Assembly (NCBI RefSeq): GCF_964355755.1
Contig: NC_092672.1
Location: 15,624,001-15,688,000 of the forward strand
Length of the DNA stretch: 64,000 bases
Reading direction: 5' to 3'
From: Antedon mediterranea
Lineage: Eukaryota > Animalia > Echinodermata
The first letter of the stretch is position 1. Each line of letters begins with the position of its first letter. The translations under genes and the position numbers were made by a program. Positions 12,601 through 25,025 of the stretch are shown here, in pieces. The notes below the pieces were generated by a model. That model worked only from the letters and a program-made list of their open reading frames with translations. It was not told where the DNA came from and searched no databases.

Positions 12601-14100
12601 AAATAAATAATCAGAACAATGCATGACCCATTTATTGTTTAAATGGACTTTAACAGATAAACTTGGAAGCTAATTGATTAGAACATTGGCCCAAACACAA
12701 CCAGCTTGATGAAAGGCAGGCCGGGATGAGTGAAATGAAGGTTAACATTTTGTTCAGGGCTTCTTTAGTTGGTGGTTGCTTTCATATGATCATATGATTG
12801 CTAATTTTTGGAGATAAGATTAAATCTAGCGTCAAGCTATGGAATGATCCCCCTCAGAATTCTGATGTGTTCAATACTGAGTAAGGGCAACAGTACAGTA
12901 TTGCAATGGACTTAGACCGGATTGAATATTTTATATGTTGTATATACGACAAAGTGGATGACGCTAGATTTAACCTTTTCACTAAAAAGAACATACAATT
13001 ACTGGAGTGCTGGTTAATATTTTTCCCAGTATAATTTTGAATTATGATACAAGCAGTTAATAAAACAAAAGAAATGATTTCTCTTTTATTTCTTTTACAT
13101 GTTAACACTAATACTAGTACTGTCAACTCTGTTGTTGAGCTGTACTGTACAGTACGTCCAGATCTATCATTTTTAAATAACTCTTATAGTATTGAGTTAA
13201 ATATCATATGTTTTTATTAAATGTGAATAGAAAGTAGTACTTCTGCATCATTTGCCATTATTGTTGTGTTTCTGGGATGTACGGTTTACAAGTTCTGACG
13301 AATCGGACATTATCTGAGGCCAAATGTCAAATTTTAAATGGCCTAAAATCTTAAAAGTTGCAAATTTTCAATACAAGTTTCCATACAAACTTTTATGCTT
13401 CTAACCAAATTTGTCTAAGAAGCCCCAATATTTAATATAGTATTTTTTAGATTTAGATAAATTATATATAAGTATGTCCAAGATGAAAAAGAATCTTACT
13501 GATGACTGAATGATAAAATAAAAACACAATCTGATGTGATGAATAAAATATCCCAAAACAGGTAACATTTTCAAATTTGTTCCTTTTGCGACTGCTGTGA
13601 AGATGTATAGTAAACAAAAGAGAACAAAGAAATACTAATTAGGGAAATATACAGCATGTACTGTACATGGCAGTTTAAAATCTGAAATATACATTTTTGT
13701 TGTGAACAATGTATTGTCACTTCAGTGGCCTTCTACTAATAGAAATGGTTAAATTGTATATAATCTATCCATATACACAACTTGAATCATAGAGCACCTC
13801 AAACAATTTTAGTCATTAGTATCTGAGTGCTTTCATTTGGCATCTGTCATTTCTAATTTCTTAGCATGCTCTTAAACAGAAAACTGTCAAGTGTTGGTCC
13901 ACAATGAGCTGCTATAAATGGATAGAATGTGTCAAGCAAAGAGGACTAACGTTTAATCATTGAATATTTTATAAAGCAGTATTTTTAATAGAGTGTTAAA
14001 ACACATTTTTCTCAACAATATTTTACAAGGGTGGTCCATCCAGCTGAAGCTTATCATAAGGGACCCAAAAATAAAAATTGATAAGACATTAACATACTAT

Positions 14101-14620
14101 AACTAGAAAGCCACTCCGAGAGTGCATACCTCCGCCTACTGTAAAATTCTCCTACATAAGATTTCTCCTGGAAAAAATATATATATTTTTTATCATTGAT
14201 TCGATAAAAAACACGAAATCCAAAATACCTGTAATGACGTCACATGACGTCACATGACGTCATCAATATGCAAATTACTTTTTTTTTAGACTAACTTTAG
14301 ACTAACCCTTTGCCCATCATGAGTTATCTCAATTAGTATTTTTTTTGCGCAATTTATTAAAATATCATATGTTTTTCCTAAATATATCTCAGCAGTGAAA
14401 GAACGATAAAAAAGATAAATTTAAAATATAAACAAAAATTATATTAAAACAAGTCCAACGCCAAATGACTAAAACTTGTTTCTATGGGGAAGACATTTCC
14501 TATGAATTTTTCTAGACCCGCTATATATTTTTTACAAATATTTAAAGTATTTTGAATTACCGGTAATACTAAAGCAATGAGTGATCGTGTGAAGATGACC
14601 TTTTGACCTGAAAACTCCAG
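14101..14620 (-). mobile_element. HINE of the same family as 2873 (3' end plus degraded body)
   Basis: AACTAGAAAGCCACTCCGAGAGTGCATACCTCCGCCTACTGTAAAATTC matches 2873-2930. TGACCTTTTGACCTG occurs at ~14596. Confidence 0.6.
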
Positions 14621-14633
14621 AGTTTGATGTTGG

Positions 14634-14800
14634 TACCTTTCACACCAAAAATACCGGGGTGTCCCCGCAGTTCGCTCTCCAGAGAATGTTCAGCTGTTTA
14701 ACCCCGCAGTTTTAAACTCCGGAGTTGCTTGATTTTACCCGTTCACACCAAAACACCGGGGCGTCAACTCCGGAGTTTTGCTTTTGGCGTGAAAGGGGTA
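14634..14800. mobile_element. Small Harbinger-like MITE
   Basis: Inverted ends TACCTTTCACACC / GGCGTGAAAGGGGTA, with internal repeats CACACCAAAA..CCGGG and AACTCCGGAGTT. Confidence 0.55.
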
Positions 14801-15391
14801 TTTATGGCATTTATACTGTGGCGATTTTAAACTATATTTCAATCTTTCAGCAATCAGTTTTAATTAGTAAAAATCTAAGTGTTCATATATCACAAAGCAA
14901 GGTTTTAAGCTGTTAAATATTCATTGTTAAATATTCATTGTTCAATCTTCCATCAGTGCACTCATGAAACCGTTGATTTGGTTGATTTGCTAGCATGAAT
15001 ATGAAACTCATTCAAAATATTAGGAAGTTTTTGCATGCTTTTGTTTCCCTATAAAAGCTTTTTCATATTAATTGAGCATGGCTCTTTAGAAATAACCATG
15101 GTAGAAATTAGAAAAGAAATAAAAATTCGCCATCTGTGATATACTCAATAAATTAATAATTATAAACTTTTTAAGCATGAGTTAAGGTAATAAAAAAAAA
15201 AAAATTAGAATTGCCCCATTTTCTTTCCATTTATTAAAATTCATCACTGATGACATATTTTGATGGAAACAGTGTTAAAGCAATCAATATTCTGTGAATT
15301 TATAACACATTAAAGATAAGATATTTTGTCTAATAAAACCCAATGATATTTTAGGAAATTATTTTTTTTTTTTTGTATTTTGTATTAATAT

Positions 15392-15695
15392 TAGTCCTCA
15401 GTGAGGAAATTAGGATTAGGCCCTCCACGGACCCACGGCAGCCAGCAGTGCAGCGCCTACCAGATTAGGCAATGAGAGTAAAGCATCTTGCCTAAGGATG
15501 CAATTAGTATGGTACAGATAACCCACGCCTATCACATGCTAGTCCGATATTACCATTACACCATCACTCTCCAGTATATACAGCACCCGCCAAGATTTCT
15601 AGACGGTCTCCCATCCAGAACGCAACCGGGCCCAACATTGCTTAACTTCAGTGATCTGACGAGAACCGGTGTTTCAACGCAGTATGGCCGTATAC
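15392..15695 (-). mobile_element. Composite SINE: 5S rRNA-derived head, tRNA-like segment and SINE body
   Basis: On the minus strand, 5S-like 15695-15575 is followed by TGGTGTAATGG (A box), then GCATCCTTAGGCAAGATGCTTTA (resembling the GTGTCCTTGGGCAAGGCACTT motif of tRNA SINEs), then an A-rich tail. Confidence 0.6.
15575..15695 (-). pseudogene. 5S rRNA-derived sequence (full length, diverged)
   Basis: GTATACGGCCATACTGCGTTGAAACACCGGTTCTCGTCAGATCACTGAAGTTAAGCAATGTTGGGCCCGGTTGCGTTCTGGATGGGAGACCG..GGGTGCTGTA aligns along its length with animal 5S rRNA. No T-run terminator follows. Confidence 0.9.
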
Positions 15696-16828
15696 ATGAA
15701 TATATATATATATATGAATTGAAAGACTGTTTAATTATGATATAGTTTTTATTCAATTTTCATTTATGAGTGTTTTTACATTCATTTAACATTAATAAGG
15801 AATTACATTAGTCAATCTTTCAACAATCAGTTTCAATTAGTGAGTAAAATCTATGTGTTCATATTTCACAAAGCAAGGTTTTAAGCTGTTGAATATTCAT
15901 TGTTCAATCTGCCATCAGTAAGACTTATTACACTCACTGGCATATCATCATGATTTATGATTTGCTCCAAAGTATTTAATGTGTGAATTTTAAATATAGC
16001 TTTATAATCACACGCTTACTCTACTTAAAGACTTTGGCTTAATATTTTACGTGTCTGTTTTATATATCTGATTGACATTTAATGTTATTTATTTCCCAAG
16101 TATTCATATTTCTTATATCATCTGCAATGTGGAATTAGGTATAGGAAGTGTAATCTTTAAGGGATAATATTCTATTTTATTAATTAGGTGATCTTACAAT
16201 AATATTACCTTAGGCCATCTTACAAAATCTTATTTTTCTTCTTTTTATTTCTTTCTGTAGATTTTTGTGTACATTGCATTCCATCCAAAAGATTGTGAAG
16301 AGGCTATGAGTAAGCTTGAAACTCAAATCGGCAAAATCAAATCAGCATTTTGCGCTATATTAAATTGAATTATTATTAATATTAAAATAAATCAAAGAGT
16401 AAAACAAAATAAAGACGATATAGAATTACAACTTTTTAAAATGTTTTTTTAAGTATCTTTTTATATTGCATTAGCTTTAGATTTACATAAACAATGAATG
16501 TCAAATTAAGTTTTAGAATTGTATATGTTCTGGCCAAATCACTTGAACTTTATGCACATTTTTACTCGGGGTACCCGAGTCTAGGACTTACTCATTTTCT
16601 CCTCTTCCTCCATCTGGACACTATTGAGTAAAAAGTGCGATTTTTAAAGTACTACTCCTCCCTTATTCGTTGCAGTATTGAGCTGGGATTTGGCATGAAC
16701 ATACTACAGGGACATGTCCTCAAAGCTATAGAGCCGGATTTTTAATTTTTTGTTAATTAATTTGTTTAATTAAGAAGCCACAATGTGTGACACACACCAC
16801 AGCGTTATGCAGTTATATGGTTATATGC

Positions 16829-16900
16829 GGATTCTTGGCGTAGTGGTTATCACGTTTGCTTAACACGCAGAAGGTACCTGGTTCGAGCCCGGACGAAACC
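16829..16900 (+). tRNA. tRNA-Val(AAC)-like, probable pseudogene (copy A1)
   Basis: A box TGGCGTAGTGG, anticodon loop TTAACAC, B box GGTTCGAGCCC and a T-run after. Acceptor stem has mismatches. Confidence 0.7.
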
Positions 16901-17115
16901 TTTTTTTTAAACTTTATGGTGAAAAGTACTGTATACGCAATATGATAATTATACACAGTATATCTTATTTTTATTATTTTTTTAAATACTTATTTTGTGT
17001 AATCGGTAATTATCACTTTTACACATGTTTATTTTTCTTTGTGCTTATTACCATATTTATTTGTAATTTAAATGGATTAAAAAACTTTCTGTAACCCACA
17101 TTTTTAGTGTAAGTG

Positions 17116-17186
17116 GTTTTCGTAGTGTAGTGGTTGTCAAGTCTGCTTAACACGCAGAAGCTCCCGGTTCGAGCCCTGGCGAAACC
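17116..17186 (+). tRNA. tRNA-Val(AAC)-like, probable pseudogene (copy B1)
   Basis: GTTTTCGTAGTGTAGTGG..TCTGC-TTAACAC-GCAGA..GGTTCGAGCCCTGGCGAAACC followed by a T-run. Confidence 0.7.
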
Positions 17187-17346
17187 TATTTTTCTTTAAC
17201 TTTATGGTGAAATAACTGTATACGTCTGTATACAGCTTCTTTCGCTGTACCCCGAGATTGCACATTCGTGCTTTTTTGTTAATTAATTTGTTTAATTAAG
17301 AAGCCACAATGTGTGACACACACCACAGCGTTATGTAGTTATATGC

Positions 17347-17418
17347 GGCTTCTTGGCGTAGTGGTTATCACGTTTGCTCAACACGCATAAGGTACCTGGT
17401 TCGAGCCCGGGCTAAACC
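17347..17418 (+). tRNA. tRNA-Val(AAC)-like pseudogene (copy A2)
   Basis: Duplicate of 16829-16900 with additional substitutions. Confidence 0.65.
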
Positions 17419-17631
17419 TTTTTTTTTAAACTTTATGGTGAAAAGTACTGTATACGCAATATGATAATTATACAGAGTATATCTTATTTTTATTATTTTT
17501 TAAAATACTTATTTTGTGTAATCGGTAATTATCACTTTTACACATGTTTATTTTGCTTTGTGCTTATTACCATTTATTTGTAATTTAAATAGATTAAAAA
17601 ACTTTCTGTAACCCACATTTTTAATGTAAGA

Positions 17632-17702
17632 GGTTTCGTAGTGTAGTGGTTGTCAAGTCTGCTTAACACGCAGAAGGTCCCGGTTCAAGCCCTGGCGAAA
17701 CC
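17632..17702 (+). tRNA. tRNA-Val(AAC)-like (copy B2, best cloverleaf)
   Basis: Perfect acceptor stem GGTTTCG/CGAAACC and anticodon stem TCTGC/GCAGA with an AAC anticodon. The T-stem appears one base short and the D-stem is mismatched. Confidence 0.7.
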
Positions 17703-19237
17703 TATTTTTCTTTAACTTTCTAACTGTATACGTCTGTATACAGCTTCTTTCGCTGTACCCCGAGTATTGCACATTCGTGCTTGTTAATGCAATTCTTTTA
17801 TTCTCATTAATTCATTAATACCGATCAACTGAAACAATAGAATATTTAACTACAATAATTTTGATAATAACAATAATAAAAATATAATATATTATTAAAA
17901 ATTAAATATAAAACACTTTTTAAACCGTTTTGTAATGATCTTTATTTTTAACTTAAATATTTATGAACTGTAATTTTATGATGTACTATCTTAATCATTG
18001 TGTATTTTTATATTGTTATTCTACATTTTATACTTTATTTTTATATGATATTTTTATACGATATTTTTATGTGATAAGTGAGCGAATGCAATTTCCAGTT
18101 TATTTGGACAATAAAAGTTATCTGTATCTGTATCTGTATCAAAGAAGCATTGTTTTTGTAAAAAATGAAAAATTATGAACAAAATATGAATTGTTGAATA
18201 TAATTACAGGCCAATCATGACTAACCTGTCTTAGGCGTTAGAAGAGTATTTCCAATGTTACCCAATGAGAAGTCTTCTAATAGCTATTCGGTACGAGCTT
18301 GGTATCAACAAAACACACACAGCAGACACACATCAACTGGGGCAATTACAACTCTGCATCTGCCCCTGACTTGTTGAGTTTACAATTTTGCTGACAGATA
18401 GGCTCATACTTATTTGTACATTTACATTCTTTCAGTCTTTTATTTTTAAGTGCAAGTATCTACCACTCCAAAAAGAAGAAATTCTAGAATAGCTATAGTT
18501 AATGGTTTCACTCTGCGTTTGATTGGTGGAAAAACAATTTAGTTAGGAAATATTCTGTATCATTATGAAATGAAAAAATATATTTAATACTATAGCTAGT
18601 GTTTTTACATAATAATAATAGTAATAGTAGAAAACAATATGCCATACTGTTAAAGTCTAGGCTCTCATCTTAATTATGTATCAAAAATACAACGGCATCC
18701 AAAAGGCTGAGAAGTAGTATTTAACAAAATTTGATAAAAATATATATGAACATGTATAAAAGGTAAAACTAGTTTTGAAAAAAAATTCACATTAAAATTT
18801 GTCCACCGCTAAGTTAAATAGTGCCAGCCTATTCTATATTCATTGAAACATCATTAATGAGTCGGACTAAGAAAGGGACTGGTGAAGATCTAAATCTCTC
18901 TGTACGACCAAGTTGAGGCTTACACGCAGACCTCAGGGTTCTGCTAGACTCACGAACAGGGAGAAGAATGGTTCTAAATGTATCAGACTTTATTATTCCT
19001 TTACCAAATTTTAGTAAGAGTTGGACTCTTCCGTAAACTAACGATGGAAGGTCTGACAATTTAAGAGCAGACTCGTAGGATACATACAGTAGTTCATGCC
19101 ATTGAACTCTTTCTATTGAATTAGTTTGGTCTTTCGTAATTGAACTGTGCACACAGGGCATGCATATTCAACTAAAGGACGTATGTAGCAAGTATATACT
19201 TGTAGTAGATCTTTAGAAGGCGCCTTGGCTTTCTTAA

Positions 19238-20689
19238 AATGGATATGAAATGATGTTAAAAAAAATGAGTTAGTTTCATTATCGGAAGGTACGCATAGAA
19301 ACATGTCAGTCACCTTTATGCTAAATGTTATGGACGTCTGGGACCCCCTCTAATCGGTGACAAAAAATCTTTTTGTGACGTCACTAAAAGAAAAATTTGC
19401 ATTAGGAGAATTGGGTAATTCACAGTCTTTTGCAGATTGGCTCTATACTATTACAGCGTTGGCTTATCTGCTTTGCATTTTTGTTTATGAATATGTTTTT
19501 AATATTTTCGGATACAAATATTTTTTTTTTGTCAACCGATTAATTTTTAAAATGACGCCAATCTTCTGCAAATTTACTAGCGTTTTGCATCGGGAAGCTG
19601 GAGAAACGTAGATACAGTGCGCATGTGTGAAAATATCAATTACACGGCGGACAATCGCTCTCTACTGAGAAACCCCGACGCCGAGTGCTTATTTTTATAA
19701 TCATTTTGGAAAGGATAGTGAAGAGGAATATTTTGTAGCGGATATAGAAATAGAACTAGAAGAGGAGTTACTACCAGTAAATCCTAACATTTTAAGACCG
19801 TTCGATAATAGCCCCTACCACCATTGCAAAGGCCGCGCGCAGCAGACGATCGGTTAGGGTAGGCCTACTGTACTGTACTACTACTAGAGACGCTCGTCGG
19901 GCCAGGGAATTCGAACGGTTTGGCCTTACCTAACATGCATGTTAGGCATACATAGGCATAACTATATATATGTATTGGCAAAGGGTCATATCAGTGTGTC
20001 ACACGCTGACGCTGGACAGACAAATTTCTGAAATTTTTCACGAAACGAAAGACATCTTCGTTCGATCGATGACAAACAATGTCGTGCAAAAGCGTAACCA
20101 ACAACAGAAATAACAGCGTTTTCAGCCTATTTTCGGATGACAAGTTACTTAAAAATTCGTAACTCCTCAACGGACAGTCGTATGGACAAAATTTTTACTG
20201 TAAAATGATTAGCCTACATAACTGTGTAATTTAAAAAAATAAGAAAAAATTGTTGTCACTGTTTAAAATCCATCGAAAAAAAAACCACAGTGTATAACTA
20301 TAATAAGCATAGGCGCCGCGACTGCACCGCGAAAAAAACGCTGGTGACAAACGCCTATGCTTATACACTGTGGTGTTTTTTTCGATGGATTTTAAGCAGT
20401 GAAAACAAATTTCAAAATTAATAATAAATAAATAAAGGGTGAACAAAAATAGGCCAATGCTGCATTACCCGTTATGTTTTAAAATGGTTGAATATGTGTG
20501 TAATATAAAAAATAGCATTGATACAAGTGTACATTTAATTCATTTATTTTCATTCAGCAAGAAATTAAATAAATATAAAATTATATAGATATATAATTGT
20601 TACAGTTTTTTATTTGATAATGCTGTAAAATCAGTTAATTCCTTGCGTTTCTTGCCATTCCAAGAAATAAGATAAGAAAAGATAGCAAG

Positions 20690-20735
<46 letters not shown>

Positions 20736-21650
20736 GTAATTGCTATAGCCCCTAAAAAACTCGACTGGTACCATACATAGGTAGCTACTACTGCCGAGTA
20801 TGGTTGTCTGTCGAGTAAACAAAGTTTGAGGAATCTGTAGGCATAGACTTGAATTATTACAGCAGTACTGTATTTTTAGTAAACAAAAGGTTAAATAAAT
20901 AAATAATATAATTCATATATTCAATAATACTACTGTACTACAGTTTATATGATGGCCATTATTTAGAGTCAAGAATAAAAAAGTAGAGCTTACCCGGGTT
21001 TTTTTCATCAGGTACAAATTGTCCACCTTTTTTGTTTAGTTTACTGCAATGCACGATGCGTGATATTCGAGGCAATCCATCATTCAAGAGGTGGTCTCCT
21101 CTTTTGCCGTCTACTACTACCATTGTACTTCATTGGGCTTATATCATATTAGCTTTTATGCAAAAAACTTCACTAGGTAAAACTGTAATGAGACTTCAAA
21201 ACCAACGATTCATCTTGTAGAATGTACCGAAGTTTTCGGAGAAAATGTAAACACTCATGACCGGCCTAGCCTAGAATTGGCTGACACCATGTGTGTTTCG
21301 TGTGACGTATGTTGTTTACGTTCGCTTCCTGTCCGCTTTGAAAGAAGCTCATTGGCTGTAGTTGGGCATTCTTAACCAAACACGAAACAGCTGCTGCCGT
21401 GGATATAAAAGCGGGCGTTTTAAATTAATCGGAAGATTCCGCGTACGTTTGTTTAGAACGTTAATGAAATCCAAGATGGCATGATGGTTGGTCGGCCATC
21501 TTTCGGTGGTTTTACACTGAATTTTATCTTATGTATTTCTCAAGTTTTACAATGTATTTAAACCTAATTTTTTGTGTGTTGCTATTTTATATCTAAAGCA
21601 TTCATATAAAGTTGTTTTTGTTGATATTTTGATATTGTTTCATATCCATT
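19238..21650. mobile_element. Kolobok-like DNA transposon (about 2.4 kb, decayed) inserted at a TTAA in the LINE
   Basis: TIR AATGGATATGAAA / TTTCATATCCATT, flanks TTAA and TAAA. Removing it restores the LINE frame ..TLII-LKKAKAPSKD. Confidence 0.75.
20694..20732. repeat. (TA)n microsatellite
   Basis: Run of TA dinucleotides. Confidence 0.9.
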
Positions 21651-24644
21651 TAAAGTATAATCAAAGTGTACAAACGTAGACATGCTTTAGCAACGATATC
21701 ATGAATATGCATATCCCATTTAAGGTTATCCTGCAAGGCGACACCAAGCAGTTTGATGTGATTTACACATTTAAGATGGCCATTTAAATTGAATCTGGGA
21801 GGAGGACAGTCGGACTTTAGGAAGGAAATACGAATCACATTGCACTTTGATGGCTTGGGAAGAACTCTATTTATCAAACACCAATTATCAAGTTGATTTA
21901 AAGTGTTCTGCAACAATTGTCTATCATTATTTTTAACCACTTTAACCACAGGTCGTCGACTTATTTCCACTGTCTGTCAGTTTCCTCAGCAACATCATTG
22001 ACTAATACCAAAAAGAGAAGGGGCCCAACTTTGTGCCCTGGGGCACCCCACAAGTAATATTAGAATTAGAGGAGGTGGCTCCCTTAACTTTGGTATTGCA
22101 TGTGCGATTTAAGAGGAAACTACAAACGGTAGGAAGAATGGACGGCCTCACCCCATGGATATTAATTCATTTATGACAACATTATGATCCTGGAACCTTA
22201 CGAACTGGTATTATAGTAGCCTTTTTCCATTGTTCAGGAAAATTACCTTCATTTTAAAAAGAGTTAAAATTGTCCGCTAATGGATAAGAGAGTTCAAATG
22301 AGAATTTCTTAATTAATTTGACCGAGAGATCTTCTGGGTGTCCTCTGTGTACGTTTAACTTATCGATTGCAGATTTCACCTTTCCTGGGTAGATAACGGG
22401 TGGGGGTTCTGATGCAGGTAAGTAACTTGGTAGTTTTGTAATGTCAAGCGCGGAAAGCTCACTACAAAATGTTAATCAATTACTTCATCAGTCGCTTGCG
22501 TTGATAGACGAGATTCACGATGCCTTTGTGCCATCTAGCAGGGCTATTGCTTTTTAGACACTTTAATGAGGTTGCGTAAAACTTCTCCTTCGCGTGCGTA
22601 ATCGCTCTTTGTAAGGAGTTCCGTATTGTTCGCCATTGTTGGGTATGGTTACTAGAAAAGACCAACTGTCGTTCTACAATCAATCTTTTGATTCTCAGCG
22701 TCATCCACAGCTTATTAGTTTTCTTATGGCAAATCGATTTCACGGGAAAAAAATCCGCAAACTTCCCATTAAGCACAGTAAGAAATGCATTTGTTTTAAC
22801 ACTTGTTGATTCGCTATCAAGAACATGGCACCAGGTCATGGCCAGTGATCCACGATCCAAATAATCTAACCGACGAGTTACGATACGGTTGGATAGTACA
22901 AGTGGTGTAGTTAGAAGTAGGTATAACTTGAACAATGGTCCAAAGGGGCCAATTTAGTGGCTTTACTGTACCTCTCCGGTCGATTCATGAACACCTTATA
23001 AAGGATTTTATTTTTTCTATGGGTTGGAAAATCAATCATTTGTTCCATACCTAATTCAGATTGCATATAGGTAGTGTTTAGATGGTTGAAGTCTTCAAGT
23101 ACCATGATATTTGCCGATCTATTCATTCTATAAATACTATCAATTACATTTCCAACATGCTCTTAAAGTTGGTTGGGGTAGAGCAGACGGCGGGTAGTAA
23201 ATAGCTCCGATATATATAGAACGTTTTGCTGTTCTGTGTAGAGCGATAGCTAATTTTTTACCATAGGCATTCAAATTTGCAATTAGTATGCATAACAATC
23301 GGATGAATTTCCAGGTGGTCCGCTGCAAAGCATGCTACGCCACCGCCGATTTGATCAGTTCTGCTTTTAAAAACGCCTTTATAATCGCAAAAGTTAACTA
23401 TACCTTGTGTTTCCTCTGTTAGTCATATTTCAGTGACTATCGCTACATCGACATTATGTTTCTTTAAGGTACAGTGAAATTTGTCTGCTTTATTCTTTAA
23501 TGACCACGCATTCGTATACATGATTGTCGGTGCAGCTAAATCCCCTGTGATGCATGGGATCAAATTTCCAATATTACGACCTTTGGTCACCGTATTTTCT
23601 ACTGTACGAAAAGTTACCCTTGTATCAATTTTCCTTCTAAGCTTAACACCTCCGCGTTTCCTTCTTTGTCATTTTCTAGGCCGAGAATCGCTACCGGCTT
23701 AACTGAATGTTTTTACATTTAATTTATCATTTACCTAACTCTATTGTCAAAAGACATATGTCCATCTATCTCCAAAATAAGAATAATTTTATATATAGGT
23801 TTTACAACTTCATTTACATACAGAATTTATAGCTAAAACAAGTTAAATATTCTAGATTAAATCCTGCCTTGAATAAATGACGATCATGTTGCTCCAGGGG
23901 CCTTACTGATATCTTTTAATTTCTTTTAAATATATGCTAATCTATTATCATGGTTGTATGGTTGATTAAAATTGCCTACCGGTATTTATGTTTTTTTTGG
24001 GAAATTGGCCATCTCATGCCATGACACCTGCTATCAAATAACTACTACGAGAATTAAGTAGGCCTAGATTACTTCTTTGATTCTGTAGAAAAGTTACATA
24101 CTCGCAGAATTAAACTGCACCTAATCACAATCTACAAAGAAACTAGAGGATTCCCCCCTATGTAATATTAATAATATCAAACAAAGAATGTCAATACTAG
24201 CCACTTTTAAGAATAAATAATAATAATAAATAAACACTTCATTTCGGGTAAATCTAATTATGTGTTCTTTATATAAAAATGAAAAGTTGGACCAAAAGAT
24301 CGTAGGGTAATGCACACTTTACCTCGATTAAACATCATCGCTAGGCGGCAAAACCAAATACATCTCACCGAAGTCATAGGCTGAAAGTCTGGACATGAAA
24401 TGTGTTGATTGTTACAAGAAACAACCTTATTAAATCTAACATCCATTAATGTTTAATGTGGTTCCTAAACACTGTTTTCATGGAAACAATATTTTATCCC
24501 CCTCAGAAAAAAAATGTGTGTTCCGTAATCAAATCGTAAATATTTGTCACACTAAAATTACGATAAAACTATTTTAATCTATTTTTTTGCTTATTATTAA
24601 TTCATTTATACTGTATATCATTTTGATTATTTGAAGATATGTCG

Positions 24645-25025
24645 ATTATGAGGAGCTGTCCTTTAATAGAGAGAAAGAGGTCATTGTCCCTTAAAAGAGG
24701 TGGTCATTTATGAGAGGTGCCTTATGAGAGGAGGTGATCCCTTACGAGAGGTGGTCGATTTTGAGAAGCGGTCCCTTAACAGAGATGGTAGCTTATTACG
24801 AAAGTTAGTTGCTTACGAGAGGTGGAAAGACTGATAGCTAAGTAAAGATCGATGCTTGCACATGATTCCGACATTTTTGTAAAATATATAACATTTTCTA
24901 CATTAGCTGGTGATAGTAACGACATAAGCTGGGAGGCAATTTTCGTTACTACATAATCTGTTGACTGTTTCTACATTAGCTGGTGTTGATTTTTATTTAC
25001 TACATAAGCAGTGGATTGTTCTAAA
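24645..25025. repeat. Degenerate ~21-bp GAGAGGTGGTC repeats followed by CTACATTAGCTGG repeats (transposon subterminal arrays)
   Basis: The same two-tier arrangement occurs at 37460-37715. Confidence 0.55.

Larger units (their letters stand above)
16562..17785 (+). mobile_element. Non-autonomous Helentron-type element with an internal tandem duplication, carrying 4 tRNA-Val-like cassettes
   Basis: 5' end TT-TACTCGGGGTACCCGAGT (subTIR plus short IR). 3' end GTACCCCGAGTA, hairpin GCACATTCGTGC and TTGTT. The 3' end occurs twice (~17247-17272 and 17755-17785), and ~16747-17272 is duplicated as ~17273-17785. Confidence 0.75.
18600..23700 (-). mobile_element. Decayed L2/CR1-group LINE (EN+RT), interrupted at 19238-21650
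   Basis: EN: MYTNAWSLKNKAD..VAIVTE, GAIYYPP, EDFNHL..DFPTH. RT: GVP..GPLLFLVLVND (~22000-22050), IKLLGVALQDNLKWDMHI, LLQVYTCYIRPLVEYACPV, RTERFRSSPVP. Confidence 0.85.

Noticed and set aside
15575-15695. Functional 5S rRNA gene
   Set aside because: It is solitary, has several substitutions or indels in the C-box region and no T-run terminator, and is fused to SINE-like sequence.
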